64,000 bases of DNA from Octopus sinensis (taxonomy: Eukaryota): the NCBI RefSeq assembly GCF_006345805.1, contig NC_042999.1, forward strand, positions 160,518,001 through 160,582,000, given 5' to 3'. The notes under the pieces are model-generated. The model did no database searches, was not told where the DNA came from, and was given only the letters and a program-made list of their open reading frames with translations. This document shows positions 60,740 to 64,000 of the stretch, piece after piece. How positions within the stretch are numbered: position 1 is the stretch's first letter; each line of letters opens with the position of its first letter. A program made the translations under genes and the position numbers.

Positions 60740-62689
60740 CTAAATGATAAGAAATGGGAAAGGCATTTAAAACCAATATTCAAATTTGCATGAACCTCTC
60801 CACCCATGCAAAAAATGGCTGTAATATAGAGCCATTGGGCTGATGCTTTTGTTCAGTTTCTGTGTTGAAAAGTAGATGGGAAACTTTCTTCGAGATAGGA
60901 CTCCAGTCTATCACTGGTAGCTTTTCCTAAGAATTTATAAAGGTGAGGTAATTGCCCTTGCTATTTTAAGTCCCCCAAAATCACTTGTCAGTTTTGCAAA
61001 TCTACTGCAGTTTCTTAGTGCAATAATTATATTATTCATGATACTTACTCAACTGAAGTATTGAAAGTCTTGGCCATGGAAACTACATAATGCTAGTGAG
61101 AGGAGACAGTTGACTAACTTTACTATATAATGATGGTTATTCTTATACCTTAGTGACTCAACCAAACTTTGTTCACTTACAAACTAAGGAAAGCAAAATT
61201 TTCTGTAAAAGAATGAATAACTATGAAAAGAAATATTAATGTTTCCTTAATCACATGAGTTAACTCTAGCTCTCTTCGCTATGAATTTAATTAGAATTTA
61301 ACAAAGTTTAAAAAGTATATTAAGGTTAACATTATTATTATTAATCTTCTACAAATCCTTTCCTCAAATAAAGATAACTTGTAATTTCTTCTCCCCACAT
61401 AATGTTTTAATGATCATTTGTAAAGTGACAGAAAATTAATTTCCTTAATGAATTTTTTTCTTGAATAGTTCGTAAGATATTTGCTGCCATGCAAATCTTG
61501 ATTTTTCTTATTAAGCAAATAATTCTATGACCGAAGAGTTTCAGGAAACTCTTCAGTTGGTCAAACGAAAACATCATGTTACAAACTCTTTATTGTAGTT
61601 CAGCACTAAGTTATGATTATTTAGCATTATCAGATTATAAAAGATAATTGCAATTTTCTAAATGTAATACAATAAATGGTCATCAATAGTACCCACGTCC
61701 TATAGGAGTGGAATATTTTTAATCTTCATGGTACCAATGGTACCTATTTACAAGATATGGACTGAGCCATGATTTTGAAGGACATTGCATGATACTAGTG
61801 ATGGGATATAAAGGAATTATTTCTTGGTTAATAAGTTAATTCTTGGTATACTCAACTGCATGAAATTCTAGGGACTTCACTACAAATAATATATTAACAA
61901 TTTGATTTTCAAATAACATTTTGTGACTGAGATAATTCTTTTCCTCTCAAAAAAAATTTTTTTTATACTTCTTTATAGGTGGTATTGTTGTATAGCTTTC
62001 TTTCAATCCTGATGATTATAGCATTTAGTCAGCAGAATGGCAAAGTTTGACCTGACCAGCTGAACCATCTCCCTCGTTATGTTATGTCCCTGCTTTGATG
62101 AAGAACATACTGCTCAATCTATCATGCTATAACGAATCATAGGAAGTGTTGCATGACAGAGAAGACATATTACACTCCACTGTCCAATCTACTTCTGTAT
62201 GCCTGTAGATTTTGGTAGTGCCAATGACAGAGGTGGTCAATGTGGGCTTGGTCAGAGCACATCAGTCACTATAAAACATCAGTCACCATTCTAAAAACAA
62301 ACAATCAGATAATCAAAATCTCAAAGATTTGAGATAATTCATGATGAAAACAATGTGAATAAATAAGCATTACATTTGACAGAATAATCTGAATGCTACA
62401 AGTTTAAATAGTCAAGGATTAGCCTTTCTACAATCACGCTAAGAGTTGCTGAAGCATGGATCAAACTGCCAGCATCAGTTGTTAGTTGTCGCAGCACTGC
62501 ATCCTTCAAAACTTCCATGCTTCCTGAGATTCGCCAACACTACACCTGATTTTCTCCCCTCCATACACATGCAACCTTGTATCTGACTCATACACTGTTC
62601 GCTTTCCAGACATTTGTACATAACTGCATATACTTTATACGCACTTTTTGACAAGTTGTGGTGCACCTGAGTACTGTATACAATAATTT

Positions 62690-63170
62690 CATTATTATTA
62701 TCATTATTGAGTGAGAGAGCAGTGCATGCCATCAAAGTGACACTGGGGTAAAATATACGAAGCCCAGTATACCCATCATGACTACCCGTCTGATAAGGGT
62801 ACACTAGGCACATGCATCACAACTATATGTGCGCGACATGGTGATCTCATATCAAGATAAACAGCACATGACCTCGCAGGTGGGGCTCAGTTAGAATTTT
62901 CTTCAGGTTGAGTAACCCATCCCACTCGAAAGGTCTCTGAATAAGGGTTGTTTAAGGATGTTGAACGAAACACCCATGTTTCCAGAGGTGAATTATTCAA
63001 ACCCCAAAGAATCCCTCTCAACACATGGCTATGATGCTCCCCCACTACTTCTGCTCGTTATCAGAGATGCACATATCGTCAGCCACTAAGGGACATGCTC
63101 AACTGTTTAAGGTCAAACAACTGACAAGCAAATCTGAGGTATTGAGCAGAATATTTGCTGTAGCTCATCT
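62690..63170 (-). mobile_element. Unclassified interspersed repeat with a (TAA)n-type tail
   Basis: GC-richer block bounded by (ATT)n runs; no coding motif recognised. Confidence 0.35.
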
Positions 63171-63353
63171 TATTATTATTATTATTATTATTATTATGAT
63201 TATGACAGTGGGGTGCAATGTGTCTGTATAATGTAAATTCACTTATGTTTTTGTTTGCTTGTAGAGTATTGTTAGAAATTTGACTGTGTTGGTAGGAGTC
63301 CTGGTAGATGTTGAGGAGGAGCACACTGACTCTTTCAGGCATTAAGTACTTGA

Positions 63354-63545
63354 TCATCATCATCATCATCATCGTTTAACGTCCGCTTTCCATGCTAGCA
63401 TGGGTTGGACGATTTTGACTGAGAACTGGAGAGCCAGATGGCTGCACCAGGCTCCAATCTTGATCTGGCAGAGTTTCTACAGCTGGATGCCCTTCCTAAT
63501 GCCAACCACTCAGAGAGTGTAGTGGGTGCTTTTTACGTGCTGGGA
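63354..63545 (-). mobile_element. SINE family B, 3' part
   Basis: Family match. Confidence 0.85.
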
Positions 63546-63784
63546 TTTAGTCTGAATTTGAAACTTTTGTACTTTTTAGATTTCCCCATAACTTTTTGGT
63601 TGTCTGGTGGAAGGAAGGAATTCAGATCAAAGTCAAGGTGGAAAATGTGTATCCTTCATTTTGTATTTCTGTCTTTGTGCAGTTTTTGGTGACTGATTAT
63701 TTGTTTTCTGTTGCAGTATGACTATATCATTCAAAGTAATTATGACATAGGATATGGTGTAACTGTTATTGTAATAATTACTGA

Positions 63785-64000
63785 TACTCTTTTACTCGTT
63801 TCAGTCATGTGACTGTGGCCATGCTGGAGCACCACCTTTAGTCGAACAAATCGACCCCGGGACTTATTCTTTGTAAGCCCAGTACTTATTCTATCGTTCT
63901 CTTTTGCCGAACCACTAAGTGATGGCGACGTAAACACACCAGCATCGGTTGTCAAGCAATGCTTGGGGGGACAAACACAGACACACAAACATATACACAC
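63785..64000 (-). mobile_element. SINE family A, cut by the window end
   Basis: Family match. Confidence 0.85.

Noticed and set aside
60857-60943. Plus-strand exon-like segment with good splice sites
   Set aside because: Stops in all three frames; no other support.

Overview
AT-rich, repeat-dense eukaryotic DNA, mostly intronic. The repeat repertoire looks like octopus/coleoid cephalopod; this is an inference from the repeat families I recognise, not a database match. Most ORF-track entries are microsatellite or SINE artefacts. Contents: (i) at least five SINE-like families in many copies; (ii) decayed transposons: a full-length ~1.3 kb mariner, a second fragmented mariner, a Gypsy integrase with PPT/LTR start, and RTE, CR1, R4/Dong-like, CRE-like and hAT fragments; (iii) non-autonomous Helitrons, including a head-to-tail trimer, and TTAA piggyBac-type MITEs; (iv) long micro- and minisatellites; (v) candidate host exons of unidentified genes: a phase-compatible + strand chain (27403-27454, 36609-36672, 41484-41572, possible last exon 57078-57166) and a convergent - strand gene (102-codon exon 60434-60739, possible last exon 59759-59902). 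The most notable signal is two palindromic elements (13852-14025 and 25564-26190) that each carry a pair of inverted minimal hammerhead-ribozyme motifs of the Penelope type. Other highlights are SINE 3'-tail swapping, SINE-LINE tail partnerships visible inside the window, and a templated inverted duplication.
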